A stretch of DNA of 64,000 nt from contig MCFH01000047.1 in the NCBI GenBank assembly GCA_002104945.1, positions 248,001 to 312,000 of the forward strand. The letters run 5' to 3'. Below the pieces are notes generated by a model. That model made no database searches and was not told where the DNA came from. It saw only the letters and a program-made list of their open reading frames with translations. Shown one piece after another: positions 62,631 to 64,000 of this stretch. The position numbers were made by a program, and so were the translations under genes. The stretch comes from Piromyces finnis finn. Taxonomy: Eukaryota > Fungi > Neocallimastigomycota. Numbering within the stretch: the first letter of the stretch is position 1; each line of letters opens with the position of its first letter.

Positions 62631-63755
62631 ATGATTTTAACACTAATAAAATATATTGGAGTACTACTAGCAATAATTTTTATATTGTTAAGTTTAGGTA
62701 TGTTTTCAATTTTAATATAAATTTATTATACGCAATTAAATTAATATATATTAACAAAATAAAAAAAAAAAAAGCTTGTACTCTTTATTATCTTGCAGAA
62801 CTTGTTGAAGAAAACACTGTAATGACTAGAAAAGTCATTAAGTATTCAATTTGGGTATGTATTTTTTTAAAAAAAAAAATAAATGTTATTCCATCATAAT
62901 ATATCACTAATTACATATAAATTTTATTAAAAAAAAATATTCTTTATATATATCATTATTATTGTTGTTATTATTATTGTTGTTATTCTTTTAAATACCA
63001 GACTGTATTAGTTTTATATGTTTTATTATGGATTGTCGATGGAATGCCATTCCTTAGAATACTATTTTCAATTATATGTCATTTAGTATACAGTATTTTG
63101 TTAAATGATTTCCCAGACATTCAACTTTCAAGTCCAACATTTATATCTTCTTGTGGTAAATATTTATCCTTTTTTAAAAAAAAAAATATTTAAATATCTA
63201 TATATAGTTAGTTGGTTTCAAATTATAATATAATTTATGTATAACCGTTATATTTTTAATTTTATATTATATATATATATATAAATTTAAAGTACTTGTA
63301 TTAGTCGATCATTTTGTTTGGTTTAATTACTTTACCAAATTCTATTATCCATTTGATAGAATTGTTTGCTTCTTTGTTATTTGTGTTTGGGCCGTTCCAT
63401 TTGAATTCTTTATCTCTTTAAGTGCCAATGATAATACTTTACCATACGGTATTTTTTTTTTTTCTTATATATATATTTTTATATTTTTATATATTTTATA
63501 AACTAAAAGAAATTTTTAGTGGATAGTATTTTACTTTTTTGTTTATTATAAAAAAAAAATAAGCTATACAAAGTATTCTTATATTAAATTACTAACGGTT
63601 CACTCTATATTTTACTATAAATATAATAATATTGTTTTTAATATTTCTCATAATTAGATAACTATAATGGTAAGAAAAAGAAAAAGAATAATTTCGTAAA
63701 GAAAATAATAAACACCATTTTAATGAAAGAAGAAGAGAATAGTGAAAGACCATAA
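62631..63755 (+). CDS. SVP26: SVP26/TEX261 (Erv26) ER-Golgi cargo adaptor; 5 exons
   Basis: CTLYYLAELVEENTVMTRKVIKY, FPDIQLSSPTFISSC, DHFVWFNYF, VWAVPFEFFISLSANDNTLP. The last exon (63658-63755) is less certain. Confidence 0.88.
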
Positions 63756-63893
63756 AAAAAAAATATTTAATAATATTTGAATTGTTATTAAAACCTATTT
63801 CAAGTATTTTATTCAATATATATTTTATACAATAATAAAGATAACAATAAAATTCTTTCAATCCTACCTTTTTTTTTTTTTTTTACCATAAAA

Positions 63894-63924
<31 letters not shown>

Positions 63925-64000
63925 TTGTTCATTTTATTATTTAAAATAAGAATAAGAATAGTTGAAAATAATACCTAAGATAAATATAATCAAAAAAAAA

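Overview
This is very AT-rich eukaryotic DNA with short GT-AG introns, fungal-type genes and flagellar genes. It is most consistent with a zoosporic anaerobic gut fungus (Neocallimastigomycota-like), which is an inference from composition and gene content. Bases 1-11.3 kb hold two head-to-tail, minus-strand, single-ORF LINE retrotransposons (APE endonuclease + RT + C-terminal CCHC finger). The right copy is intact and poly(A)-tailed. It is flanked by a 10-11 bp target-site duplication, which places its insertion inside the hairpin-rich 124-bp 5' monomer array of the left, disrupted copy. Short fragments of the element's own sequence sit at the outer 5' junction. Next come an intronless PMCA/PMC1 Ca2+-ATPase and about 8 kb with no recognisable gene. 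The rest is a dense run of intron-rich genes reconstructed by hand: Hippo/MST-like kinase with SARAH-like domain, CFAP298, Chibby-like, PIF1, DNA ligase I, WIP/verprolin, SPT4, Tctex-1, PDCD7-like, a DHHC palmitoyltransferase whose catalytic Cys lies on a 6-nt microexon, exportin-7 and SVP26/TEX261. No tRNA, rRNA or CRISPR array was seen. Exon structures, family assignments and difference counts were made by eye and need computational confirmation.
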